A DNA stretch of 32,519 bases from Chitinophagales bacterium (GTDB lineage Bacteria; Bacteroidota; Bacteroidia; Chitinophagales; Chitinophagaceae): positions 1 through 32,519 of the forward strand of contig JBIOGX010000001.1 of the NCBI GenBank assembly GCA_044448445.1, read 5' to 3'. The notes under the pieces were generated by a model. The model was not told the DNA's origin. It saw nothing but the letters and a program-made list of their open reading frames with translations, and did not search any database. Below, in pieces: positions 1 through 9,279 of the stretch. The number at the start of each line of letters is the position of its first letter. Positions within the stretch are counted from its first letter, which is position 1. Made by a program: the position numbers and the translations under genes.

Positions 1-570
1 CAATGTGTGGATGCTGTAATTCATTATGGCTATGATACCAAGATCATGTTTAGCTCTGTGCGCAGTTCAGAGCATGTGCGCAATGCCATTAATATAGGCG
101 TACATACTATTACTGTACCGCTCAAAATATTGAAAGCATTAACCGATAATAATTTTACTACCGTAGGCACTGAGCAATTTCTGAGCGATACCAGATTAAT
201 GACCGTAAGGGTGAAAGAAGCGATCAATGGGGCGAATCCGCTCGTAACTACGGATATGAATATGAAGGACGCTATTGTAAAGATGACCGAATACGGCTTT
301 GGCTGCGTAACCGTGATAAATACAGACGGCAGCTTGAAAGGCGTGTTTACCGATGGTGATCTCAGGCGGTTATTGCAAAATGAAGGTGAGCATATTTTAG
401 GTAAGAAAATGGGGAGCCTTGATTTCAAAGCCCCTATAAGTATTGATGCTAATGCGCTGCTTAACGAAGCAGATGCGATATTTAAAAAGACGAAAGTAGA
501 TACTATACTGGTAACAGATAGCGGCAAGCCATTTGGAATGTTGGATATACAGGACTTAAAGAAATATTAA
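1..570 (+). CDS. Transaldolase/fructose-6-phosphate aldolase (TalC/FSA) family domain fused to a C-terminal KdsD/KpsF-type CBS pair; 5'-truncated
   Basis: Frame is open from base 1. YGYDTKIMFSSVRSSEHVRNAINIGVHTITVPLKILKALTDNNFTTVGTEQFLSD matches the TalC/FSA C-terminus pattern (ILxASxR..HV..A...GA...TxP..VL..L..HP.T..G...FL.DW). It is followed by two CBS domains with GVFTDGDLRR and GMLDIQDL, as in KdsD. Confidence 0.8.
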   Translation, partial: QCVDAVIHYGYDTKIMFSSVRSSEHVRNAINIGVHTITVPLKILKALTDNNFTTVGTEQFLSDTRLMTVRVKEAINGANPLVTTDMNMKDAIVKMTEYGFGCVTVINTDGSLKGVFTDGDLRRLLQNEGEHILGKKMGSLDFKAPISIDANALLNEADAIFKKTKVDTILVTDSGKPFGMLDIQDLKKY

Positions 571-574
571 ACGT

Positions 575-1282
575 ATGGCTGATATCGGGCACATAAAAAG
601 TTTTTTTAAGGGACATTTTCTGGCTCTGCCTGCTGTCATACAGGAAAAACTGTTCGGGGCAAAAGCTTTTGTTTTTGACTGGGACGGTGTTTTCAACAGT
701 GGTGTGAAAGACGAAAATGGTTCCAGTCCTTTTAATGAAGTGGATGCAATGGGCACAAATCTCCTTCGCTTCAATCACTATCTCCGTACAGGTAGCAATC
801 CATTTACCGCCATTATTTCGGGTGAGATGAATAAGGCTGCATTTACATTGGCAAAGCGGGAACATTTTGAGGCGGTATATTATTGTATGAAGAACAAAAA
901 AGAAGCCTTGTCTCATCTATGTGCTACAAACAACATTTTTCCTGAGGAGGTTGTTTATTTTTTTGATGATGTACTTGACCTTTCCATAGCAGAACATTGC
1001 GGCCTCCGCATTATGGTGGGCAGGGGGGCAAATCCATTGTTGCTAAATCTGGTACAGGAAAAGAATCTTGCTGATTATATTACTGCTGCTGATGGTGGTA
1101 ATAACGGCTTGCGTGAAGCCTCAGAATTGCTGATGGGATTAAGCGGACGATATGATGATACCATAATGGAACGCGTTCACTACACTGAACATTACCGGCA
1201 ATATATAGTTTTACGGAATACCCCTGAACCATCTTTTTATACAACTATAGGATCTAAAATCACAGCACATTCACCACAATGA
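575..1282 (+). CDS. KdsC/YrbI-like HAD phosphatase (divergent, 235 aa)
   Basis: HAD motif I FDWDGVF, motif II IISG, motif IV FFDDVLD, and C-terminal GGNNGLREASELL as in KdsC GG.GA.RE. Overlaps the kdsB start (ATGA). Confidence 0.75.
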   Translation: MADIGHIKSFFKGHFLALPAVIQEKLFGAKAFVFDWDGVFNSGVKDENGSSPFNEVDAMGTNLLRFNHYLRTGSNPFTAIISGEMNKAAFTLAKREHFEAVYYCMKNKKEALSHLCATNNIFPEEVVYFFDDVLDLSIAEHCGLRIMVGRGANPLLLNLVQEKNLADYITAADGGNNGLREASELLMGLSGRYDDTIMERVHYTEHYRQYIVLRNTPEPSFYTTIGSKITAHSPQ

Positions 1283-2022
1283 TAGCAGGTATTATTCCCG
1301 CACGGTATGCATCCTCCCGTTTTCCGGGGAAACCGCTTATAGATATACGGGGAAAAAGCATGATTCAGCGCGTATATGAGGAAGCGGCAAAAAACAAATC
1401 ATTGCAAAAACTGGTAGTTGCTACAGATGACAACAGAATATTACAGCATGTGCAATCATTCGGAGGCGAAGCGGTAATGACGGCAACACATCATCCGAGC
1501 GGCACAGACCGATGCTGGGATGCATTGCAGCAATTAGGCGCAGCATACAGGTACGTCATTAATATACAGGGCGATGAACCTTTTATTAATCCGGCCCAGA
1601 TTGATGAACTCGCTACGATATTAGCAGACAGCTCTGTAGAACTGGCTACCCAAATGATAGCCGTGCGCACTCATGAAGAATTATTTGACACAGGTGAAGT
1701 AAAGATCGTGCTGAATGACAAAATGGAGGCTTTGTATTTCAGCCGCATGGTTATACCTTTTATAAAGGGCGTGGATGAAGAAGAATGGCACTTGCACTAT
1801 AATTATTACCGGCACGTAGGGATGTATGCATACAGGCGAGATATACTTGAAAAAATAACCAGGCTTCCGGTATCTTCATTAGAACATGCAGAATCATTAG
1901 AGCAGTTGCGGTGGCTGCAACACGGATTTAAAATTAAATGCGCTGTAACACAATTTGAAAGCCATTGCATAGATACACCGGAGGACGTAGAAAAGGTGAT
2001 GCGCAGGATGGGAATAAACTAA
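1279..2022 (+). CDS. kdsB: 3-deoxy-manno-octulosonate cytidylyltransferase (CMP-Kdo synthetase)
   Basis: IIPARYASSRFPGKPL, HPSGTDR, NIQGDEP, ALYFSR, HVGMYAY and ESLEQLRWL motifs. Confidence 0.96.
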   Translation: MIAGIIPARYASSRFPGKPLIDIRGKSMIQRVYEEAAKNKSLQKLVVATDDNRILQHVQSFGGEAVMTATHHPSGTDRCWDALQQLGAAYRYVINIQGDEPFINPAQIDELATILADSSVELATQMIAVRTHEELFDTGEVKIVLNDKMEALYFSRMVIPFIKGVDEEEWHLHYNYYRHVGMYAYRRDILEKITRLPVSSLEHAESLEQLRWLQHGFKIKCAVTQFESHCIDTPEDVEKVMRRMGIN

Positions 2023-2060
2023 CTGTTGTATTATCTCTTTTACAACTGCTTTCTTTAGCC

Positions 2061-3608
2061 TTAATGCACTACTTTATAAACACATACCACAGTGCTGCTA
2101 AGCACAACAATGGAATATTCAACCGGGTTAGGAAAATCATTCGGGTGTCCCCTGAAATTGGTAATAAAATAATCTGCCTGGTCACATTCTACTAATTCAA
2201 TACGTTTTCTATCCCTTTCCTGTAGCATCATTACGTTGTTCCTTAATGGTTGGTCCCTGATGTAACATATTTTTATTGTTCCATAGGGCTTTACATGGAC
2301 AAGATGGTCTAATGCCTGCAGGTAGCTGGCTCCCCAATAGTCAAAATCATAATTTTTACGTAAATATTCTTTATCATGAGACACGAGTGAATTGAAATAT
2401 ACCTGCTGCAGTGGGTGGTTTTTGATCATGAAATAACTTATAAATCCCACTTGTATGATGCATGCAGACTGAACAATTAGCCTAAACTTTTTTTGATAGA
2501 CTTTATTAATAAAATAAAGCGACATGAGTATAAAAGAAGGGTAAATAAAATAGAGGTGCCGCCAATCATCATAAATTACGGAGTGCAGATACATCACCGC
2601 AAAGATGGGCATTAAAAAACTGCAGAGGTATAAGAGAAAATTACGGTCATTTGTATTTTTGAGAAAATTTAAAGGCTTTCTGAACATACCGATCATGATC
2701 CACACGATTCCCGCAAAGCCGGTAATAAGCCATAAAACAGGATTGGATATCAGGAACCAAATGGGAAAATAGTAATAGGGCAGATGCTGACTCATCTCAA
2801 ATTTGCCTGCTAATAAAACTTGTCCTTCCCAGATATAATGTGACATCTTATTGTAAGCTTTCATGAAATTGATCAGTGGGTTTCCCCATAAATATGGCCA
2901 TGATATATATAGGATAAAACAGAACCCTGTTAAAAACAACATAGTGTTGATGATTGTTTTCTTTGGGTTTTTCTTACTGGTAATATCTGTAACAAGGTCT
3001 GTTAATAGGAAAAAAAGTACAAGAACACCCAACATAATTCCCATAACCCGTATGCCTGTAGTATAACCACATGTAATCCCAAGTATTAAAAACAATGCAG
3101 CTTTTTTTTCTTTAAACGCAGCATGAAAAATAGTAAACGATATGAGAAACATTGATAAGGCAGGTATATCCTTAGTATTAAAAAATGAATGAGCGTAAAT
3201 ACGTGGTGCAAATGCCAGCATAAAAAACCCCAAACAAGCAAGGAACTGATTTTTGAACAACCTGTATATTAATACATAACCGAAAAGCACACTGATGAGG
3301 AAAAAAATATGCGTAACAAGATGCCGCATCAGGTAAATATCACGTTCATCAGTGATATTCATCTTTCTCTGAATGAATATTAACGGTATTTCAAAACCTG
3401 CACCATATTCTTTATTGGACAATGTTAATAACTGTTTGCTTTCATGAGTAACATAGTCATAATTGGTTCTCCCTATGTCAACCTGGGTTGGTTCATCCCA
3501 GCTGATCCCATAGTCCTGGTAGGTAAGCAGGCCAATTAGCATTGCAACAAGAAATAATAATATTCCCGGGAAATAAGTGGACAGGCTCTTTTTTATATTC
3601 ATGTTCAA
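2061..3608 (-). CDS. GT-C fold membrane glycosyltransferase (ArnT/PMT_2-like)
   Basis: Many TM helices, an N-terminal loop acidic motif YGISWDE, PRIYAHSFFNTKDIP, IYDDWRHLYF and DYWG. TTG start at 3608 or ATG at 3602. Confidence 0.8.
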   Translation of the reverse strand: MNMNIKKSLSTYFPGILLFLVAMLIGLLTYQDYGISWDEPTQVDIGRTNYDYVTHESKQLLTLSNKEYGAGFEIPLIFIQRKMNITDERDIYLMRHLVTHIFFLISVLFGYVLIYRLFKNQFLACLGFFMLAFAPRIYAHSFFNTKDIPALSMFLISFTIFHAAFKEKKAALFLILGITCGYTTGIRVMGIMLGVLVLFFLLTDLVTDITSKKNPKKTIINTMLFLTGFCFILYISWPYLWGNPLINFMKAYNKMSHYIWEGQVLLAGKFEMSQHLPYYYFPIWFLISNPVLWLITGFAGIVWIMIGMFRKPLNFLKNTNDRNFLLYLCSFLMPIFAVMYLHSVIYDDWRHLYFIYPSFILMSLYFINKVYQKKFRLIVQSACIIQVGFISYFMIKNHPLQQVYFNSLVSHDKEYLRKNYDFDYWGASYLQALDHLVHVKPYGTIKICYIRDQPLRNNVMMLQERDRKRIELVECDQADYFITNFRGHPNDFPNPVEYSIVVLSSTVVCVYKVVH

Positions 3609-3740
3609 GAGAAAAAGGATTCGGTTATAGCAACAAAAGTATAGTACAAATTCTTTAGAGCAAAAAATGTCATTTTATAAGAATGATCACATAGTTACGA
3701 AAAATCTTCCTCCGAATATACCTATCTGCTCCCGGATAGC

Positions 3741-4193
3741 TTATACTTTCACTTTTACAACTATTTTCTTTACCATAGCACTATCATGAACCTTTATGCA
3801 AGGCATATGCATGTCTGTGGGAAAGAATACCATGAATGTCCCAGTTTCCATTTTGGTAAAGAAAGAAGGGGTATCAGGGAATAGCATGAAGTCATTATCT
3901 GCATCATATTCCTTGGAAGGAGTCTGGCCATTTAGTAATGCATGTCCTACAAGTTCCTCTCCTTTTATCATATACTGGACATCAATGTATTTTATGTGCG
4001 TTTCCATTTCTTCATTAGTTGTGTCCATCGTTTTATATTCCTGTACGATAGCAAATACATCATCGCCATCAATGGCATATTTACCCAGGGCCGCCTCATT
4101 GAGGTCTGTGGTACGGAGATAATGAAATGCCTTGCCTATCCTTTTATGAACAGAGGTATATTTTTCGGCATTTTCCAATAGGTCTATGATCAT
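3741..4193 (-). CDS. YhcH/YjgK/YiaL (NanQ/TabA, DUF386) family cupin
   Basis: MIID start, ETHIKYIDVQY, FFPTDMHMP and C-terminal KKIVVKV are typical of the family. Confidence 0.9.
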   Translation of the reverse strand: MIIDLLENAEKYTSVHKRIGKAFHYLRTTDLNEAALGKYAIDGDDVFAIVQEYKTMDTTNEEMETHIKYIDVQYMIKGEELVGHALLNGQTPSKEYDADNDFMLFPDTPSFFTKMETGTFMVFFPTDMHMPCIKVHDSAMVKKIVVKVKV

Positions 4194-4337
4194 ATAAGCA
4201 GATTATGAGACGGTAAAGTATGAAAAATAATATAACAGGGCGAATAGCCCGCAGTTGTACCGTTTTTTTAACTTTTGACTTAACGCAATGACTAGTACCT
4301 TTAGGACAATTTTATTTCCCTTTTATAATAACAGACC

Positions 4338-5762
4338 TTGAAACAGGAAAGCATATCGGTATTTGATATTTTTAAGATAGGAGTAGGCCCCAGCAGTTCT
4401 CATACACTTGGCCCATGGCGCGCAGCATTACGCTTTATAAGTACTGTAAAACACAGAGGCCTGGATAAAGTAAGGTCTGTAAGGGTGCTTCTTTATGGTT
4501 CACTTGCAAAGACCGGAAAAGGCCATGGCACAGATATAGCTATAGTACTGGGATTATGTGGTGAAGACCCTGTTACATTTGATGTGAACCAGATCACCCC
4601 GCGTATGGAGCATATTGCCGGGCACAGAAGATTACTTGTGAACGGTAAAAAAGAAATAATCTTTGACCCGGCTATTGACGTTGTTTTTCTTTTTGATGAA
4701 AGCCTTCCGTACCATCCCAATGCCCTTACTTTTTTATGTTCTTTTAATGATGGTGATGAAATTGCGGAGACCTATTATTCAGTAGGCGGAGGCTTTGTAG
4801 TGAAAGAAGGAGAAGAAGACAACGATGAAGGTTTTGTAACCCTGCCTTACCCCATAGAGAAAGCCGAATACTTGATAGCCGCCTGCGAAAAAACAGGATT
4901 AGGAATATCAGAAGTGGTAATGGAAAATGAAAAAACATGGCGGTCTGAAGAAGATATAAAATACGGCATATTGGCAATATGGGAAGTTATGCGTGATTGT
5001 ATATTCCGGGGCGCTCATATTGGTGGAGAATTACCCGGTGGCTTGCAGGTATCACGCCGTGCTGAGGCCCTAAATACAAAACTAACCGGTGGCAAACCAT
5101 ACAAAAATTATGATGAATGGCTTAATGTAATTCGGAGCGGAGGGCAATCATTTAAATATACGCTCGATTGGGTCAGTTGTTTCGCTCTTGCAGTGAATGA
5201 AGAGAATGCGTCTTTCAGCCGGGTGGTAACCGCGCCTACAAATGGCGCCGCAGGAGTAGTGCCCGCAGTGTTACTTTATTTTATCGCTTTTTGCGATGGT
5301 AATGATCCTGGCAAGATCATTAAGTTCCTGCTGACGGCTTCTGAAGTAGGCAGTATATTTAAAAAAGGTGCTACGTTATCGGCAGCTATGGGCGGTTGCC
5401 AGGCTGAGATAGGCGTTTCTTCTTCAATGGCTGCTGCGGCGCTGACGGAAGCATTGGGGGGTACTGTTCAGCAGTGCCTGATGGCCGCCGAGATAGCTAT
5501 GGAACATCATCTTGGCCTCACCTGTGACCCAGTGGGCGGCCTGGTGCAGGTGCCCTGTATAGAACGTAATACCATGGGCGCGATAAAGGCTATCACTGCG
5601 TCCCAGCTTGCCTTGCAGAGCGACCCGGGAAAGGCGCGTATTTCCTTAGATGCTGTAGTTAATACCATGTGGGAGACCGCACTGGATATGAACCATAAGT
5701 ATAAAGAGACGGCTGAGGGAGGCCTTGCAGTGCAGTTGCCGATAAGTTTGAGTGAGTGCTGA
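4338..5762 (+). CDS. sdaA: L-serine ammonia-lyase, Fe-S dependent, single chain
   Basis: [51 protein letters not shown] and [26 protein letters not shown] start. Confidence 0.96.
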   Translation: MKQESISVFDIFKIGVGPSSSHTLGPWRAALRFISTVKHRGLDKVRSVRVLLYGSLAKTGKGHGTDIAIVLGLCGEDPVTFDVNQITPRMEHIAGHRRLLVNGKKEIIFDPAIDVVFLFDESLPYHPNALTFLCSFNDGDEIAETYYSVGGGFVVKEGEEDNDEGFVTLPYPIEKAEYLIAACEKTGLGISEVVMENEKTWRSEEDIKYGILAIWEVMRDCIFRGAHIGGELPGGLQVSRRAEALNTKLTGGKPYKNYDEWLNVIRSGGQSFKYTLDWVSCFALAVNEENASFSRVVTAPTNGAAGVVPAVLLYFIAFCDGNDPGKIIKFLLTASEVGSIFKKGATLSAAMGGCQAEIGVSSSMAAAALTEALGGTVQQCLMAAEIAMEHHLGLTCDPVGGLVQVPCIERNTMGAIKAITASQLALQSDPGKARISLDAVVNTMWETALDMNHKYKETAEGGLAVQLPISLSEC

Positions 5763-5766
5763 TATG

Positions 5767-5774
5767 TACATTTG
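5767..5774 (+). promoter_or_regulatory. Bacteroidota -7 promoter element for kdsA
   Basis: TACATTTG matches TAnnTTTG, 47 nt upstream of the kdsA ATG. Confidence 0.55.
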
Positions 5775-5821
5775 CAATATCCGGTTTTGTAGCAGATCAT
5801 ATAAAAATGTAGTTTTAAAGA

Positions 5822-6658
5822 ATGAATAAGACATATCCCTTTTCTTCAGAGATCTTCGCAAGCCAGGATACCAACTCCAATAATTTCTTCCTTATGGCCG
5901 GGCCATGCGTGGTGGAAAATGAAGCGGTAATAATGAATGCCGCTGAGAAAATAGTACGTATTTGTGAACGCCTGAAAGTGCCGCTTATATTCAAATCATC
6001 ATACCGGAAAGCAAACCGCAGCCGCATGGATAGCTTCTCTGGCATAGGCGATGTGCCTGCGTTGGAGATATTGAGCAAGGTAAAGAACACCTTTGATGTG
6101 CCAATAGTAACAGACATTCATGCTGCTGAGGAGGCTGCGATGGCTGCAGAATATGTGGATGTGCTGCAAATACCCGCCTTCCTGTGCAGGCAGACAGACA
6201 TACTGATAGCCGCAGCACAGACCGGGAAAGTGGTGAATGTGAAAAAGGGGCAATTTCTTTCACCGGAGTCTATGCGTTTTGCTGTTGACAAAATACAGCA
6301 GAGCGGCAATGATAATATTATCCTTACCGACAGGGGCACTATGTTCGGCTACCATGATCTTATAGTGGACTACAGAGGCATACCTATTATGCAGGCTATG
6401 AATGTACCGGTTGTCCTGGATTGTACCCATTCGTTGCAGCAACCAAACACGGCCAGCGGCGTTACCGGCGGCAACCCGCTAATGATAGAGACCATTGCGC
6501 GCGCAGGCATAGCGGTAGGCGCTGACGGCTTGTTCATTGAGACACACCCTGATCCGGCACATGCTAAATCAGATGGGGCTAATATGCTGCACCTTGATCT
6601 TTTAGAACCACTCCTTGAAAAACTGATACTGTTAAGGCAGGTGGTGAATAAATGGTAG
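5822..6658 (+). CDS. kdsA: Kdo-8-phosphate synthase
   Basis: AGPCVVE, KANRS, TDIH, LQIPAFLCRQTD, KKGQF, DCTHSLQ and FIETHPDP..AKSDG. The Cys in AGPC suggests the metal-dependent class. Confidence 0.96.
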   Translation: MNKTYPFSSEIFASQDTNSNNFFLMAGPCVVENEAVIMNAAEKIVRICERLKVPLIFKSSYRKANRSRMDSFSGIGDVPALEILSKVKNTFDVPIVTDIHAAEEAAMAAEYVDVLQIPAFLCRQTDILIAAAQTGKVVNVKKGQFLSPESMRFAVDKIQQSGNDNIILTDRGTMFGYHDLIVDYRGIPIMQAMNVPVVLDCTHSLQQPNTASGVTGGNPLMIETIARAGIAVGADGLFIETHPDPAHAKSDGANMLHLDLLEPLLEKLILLRQVVNKW

Positions 6659-6672
6659 AGACACAAAACCTG

Positions 6673-6694
6673 GAGACGCGAAGCATCGCGTCTC
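6673..6694. repeat. REP-like palindrome / possible bidirectional terminator between convergent kdsA and rlmI
   Basis: GAGACGCGA-agca-TCGCGTCTC: 9-bp perfect stem. Confidence 0.6.
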
Positions 6695-7866
6695 TATAGG
6701 ACCTGCACGATCAGGAATTTCAGGTATTGTGTAGAAGGTACGTTCAACAGGATAGGATGGTCTGAAGCCTGTGTACGCCATTCTACCTGCCGCAGGGTGC
6801 GTTTTGCATCTTTAGCAGCGTCCCCGATAATATCGAGGAACATTTGAGGAGATACAAGATTGGTGCAGGAAGCTGTCACTAAGAACCCACCGGGTTTTGT
6901 GAGTTTCATGCCACGCAGGTTGATCTCTTTATACCCAGTAACTGCTTTTTGAATATTCTCCCTGCTCTTGGTGAATGCAGGCGGATCAAGGATGACCGTA
7001 TCATAACGCCTCCCGTCTTTGACCCATTGCTTTAACACATCAAACGCATTGACCGCTTCGAATTTGCATATATCTTCATACCCGTTCAGCGTGGCATTTT
7101 TACTGGCCAGGCTTACAGCATTCTCTGAAATATCCAGCCCAAGCACGCTTTTAGCGCCATATTGAGCGGCATGTAATGAGAAGGTGCCGGTATAACAAAA
7201 TACTTCGAGTACATCAGCGTCCTTAACTATGTGCTGTATGGCGCGGCGATTATCCTGCTGGTCGAGGAAGTAGCCGGTTTTCTGCCCGTTTTCAATATCC
7301 ACATGAAATTTCAGGCCGTTCTCGTTCAGTATAATATTGGTATCAAAAGGTTCGGATAAAAAACCTTTTATTTGTTGCATGCCCTCAAGCGTGCGTACAG
7401 GCACATCATTGCGCTCATAAATACCTTTCGGGCTGAATATTTTTTGAAGCGCAGCCACTATTGCACCCTTCCATTTTTCAATGCCAAGCGCCAATGTTTG
7501 TAAGACAAAGTAGTCATTGAATTTATCAATAATGAGCGCGGGCAATTGATCTGCTTCACCAAAAACGAGCCTGCAATTTTCTATATAGCCAAGTAGTTTG
7601 CGGTATTCCCATGCGTCCTTTATGCGGTTATAAAAAAACTGATCGTCAATCACTTCATTCTTATCCCTTGTAAGGAGCCGGATACGTATTTGTGATGCCG
7701 GGTTTATGTAACCCTTACCGACAAAAGAGCCATTATAAGAATATACTTCCACTATATCGCCCGGTTCGGCAGCGCCTTCACTATCACCCAATTCATTTCC
7801 GAATACCCACGGGTGGCCATTGACTACCCGGTCGCCTATTTTTTTTCTTAAAAAGAATTTTGTCAT
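6694..7866 (-). CDS. rlmI: RlmI-family 23S rRNA m5C1962 class I SAM methyltransferase
   Basis: N-terminal PUA-like GHPWVF, RLVFGEADQLPALIIDKF, GQKTGYFLDQ, FCYTGTFS, ILDPPAF and DHP...YLK. Confidence 0.88.
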   Translation of the reverse strand: MTKFFLRKKIGDRVVNGHPWVFGNELGDSEGAAEPGDIVEVYSYNGSFVGKGYINPASQIRIRLLTRDKNEVIDDQFFYNRIKDAWEYRKLLGYIENCRLVFGEADQLPALIIDKFNDYFVLQTLALGIEKWKGAIVAALQKIFSPKGIYERNDVPVRTLEGMQQIKGFLSEPFDTNIILNENGLKFHVDIENGQKTGYFLDQQDNRRAIQHIVKDADVLEVFCYTGTFSLHAAQYGAKSVLGLDISENAVSLASKNATLNGYEDICKFEAVNAFDVLKQWVKDGRRYDTVILDPPAFTKSRENIQKAVTGYKEINLRGMKLTKPGGFLVTASCTNLVSPQMFLDIIGDAAKDAKRTLRQVEWRTQASDHPILLNVPSTQYLKFLIVQVL

Positions 7867-7870
7867 GCGG

Positions 7871-7878
7871 CAAAGATA
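7871..7878 (-). promoter_or_regulatory. -7 promoter element of rlmI (likely leaderless mRNA)
   Basis: Minus strand reads TATCTTTG-ccgc-ATG. Confidence 0.65.
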
Positions 7879-7892
7879 AGTTATAGGGTAAT

Positions 7893-7932
7893 GGGGTTGA
7901 TTGGTTAATAGGTTAATTGGTTAAAAGGTTAA
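7893..7932 (-). repeat. Short TTAACCNN 8-bp tandem array
   Basis: Minus strand: TTAACCTT TTAACCAA TTAACCTA TTAACCAA TCAACCCC. Same unit as the 18961-19136 array. Confidence 0.8.
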
Positions 7933-8304
7933 ATAGAAAGCCACATTCCCCAACACTTTTTTTGTGGATAAATGACAATTCCCGACAAATTGTTATCCGA
8001 TGTATTCCTTTGTGGTAGCGGTTTAGCGTTTTTATTTTAATTTGTCGTTGCCACAATTTGTGGCACAACTTCACTCCACTTTTATGTAAGGATAATTTTT
8101 GTTTTTGGCATAAAGGTCATACATGATTCTTGAAGTTGCAAATTGGGTTTTTATGATAGTGCGTTTTTAGTAGTATGATAAGCTGCCTGCTGCTTATCAT
8201 AGAATTCATTTGAGCTAAAGGGTTGATGGATAGGGTGGTATATGTTATCATTACCATAAGATTTATTCAAGCTATTCCACCTCTTATCATGCCGCAAATT
8301 GATG

Positions 8305-9249
8305 TTATTTCTCTATCAAAAAACACTTCCTGTTCAGCTTGCCTTGGAAATCAAATGGCGTAGTGGCGCCGGTAATGTCCTTTACCGTAACTGCAGGGAT
8401 ACTATCCCTATCGAGTACAAAATCGCGGTAATTACTGCTGAAGTATATTTTGCCGACATCAGTACACCCCTTTAGTAGTTTTTTCAGCAGTCGGACATGG
8501 TCGCGCTGCACGTCAAAATTATCTTCCATGCGCTTGCTGTTGGAAAACGTAGGAGGATCGCACACAATGAGGTCGTAGGTATTGGCAGGCATATATTCCA
8601 GCCACTCCAGCACGTCAGCGTTAATAAATTCGTGTTGCTTATCCTTATACAGTTTGTTGTACTGCATATTGCGCTTCGCCCAGTTCAGATAGGTCTTGGA
8701 AAGGTCTATTGATGTAATATTGCTTGCGCCACCGTCTGCCGCATACACAGTGAATGAACCCGTATAGCAAAAAAGGTTCAGTACATTCAGACCCTTAGCC
8801 TCAGCACGCACCATGCCGCGTGTAATACGGTGGTCGAGGAAAAGCCCGGTATCGAGATAATCGGTAAGGTTGATGATAAAGCTAAGCCCGCCCTCCGGCA
8901 CAATACGTTCCACCTTTTGCTCGTCAAACTTTTCGTATTGCCCCTGTCGTCCGGCCTTACGCTGGCGCACCTTCATGAAAATATTGGCGGGTTCTATTGC
9001 CAGCACCCTCGCCAATACTTCCTTGCAGGCTTGCAGCCACACCTCATGTTCATCGTCCTCCATGCCATGCCTGCGCTTGTATTCGGCTGCATGCACTACC
9101 CCATTATACCATTCTATGGCAAATGGAAATTCCGGCAGGTCGTGATCATAAAACCGGAAGCAGGCCACCTCCTGCCGCCGTGCCAGCTTGCTGAAGTGCT
9201 TATACACCTTCTGCAGCCGGTTTTCAAACATGGATAGTTTATCTGTCAA
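8305..9249 (-). CDS. rlmK: Stand-alone RlmK-like 23S rRNA m7G2069 methyltransferase
   Basis: FRFYDHDLPEF, NLTDYLDTGLFLDHR, LNLFCYTGSF and DPPTFSNSKRMEDNFDVQRDH match the C-terminal half of RlmKL. TTG start. Confidence 0.85.
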   Translation of the reverse strand: MTDKLSMFENRLQKVYKHFSKLARRQEVACFRFYDHDLPEFPFAIEWYNGVVHAAEYKRRHGMEDDEHEVWLQACKEVLARVLAIEPANIFMKVRQRKAGRQGQYEKFDEQKVERIVPEGGLSFIINLTDYLDTGLFLDHRITRGMVRAEAKGLNVLNLFCYTGSFTVYAADGGASNITSIDLSKTYLNWAKRNMQYNKLYKDKQHEFINADVLEWLEYMPANTYDLIVCDPPTFSNSKRMEDNFDVQRDHVRLLKKLLKGCTDVGKIYFSSNYRDFVLDRDSIPAVTVKDITGATTPFDFQGKLNRKCFLIEK

Positions 9250-9279
9250 AATTCAAAAGTAAAAAATAATTAGCCGTCC

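Noticed and set aside
7-570. Calling the first ORF kdsD or a complete 187-aa CBS protein
   Set aside because: The segment before the CBS pair fits the TalC/FSA C-terminus, not an SIS domain (no APT.ST or HPGG motifs), and the frame is open to the window edge.
30-916. Minus-strand ORFs 30..527, 503..916 and 556..774
   Set aside because: Antisense shadows of well-supported plus-strand genes.
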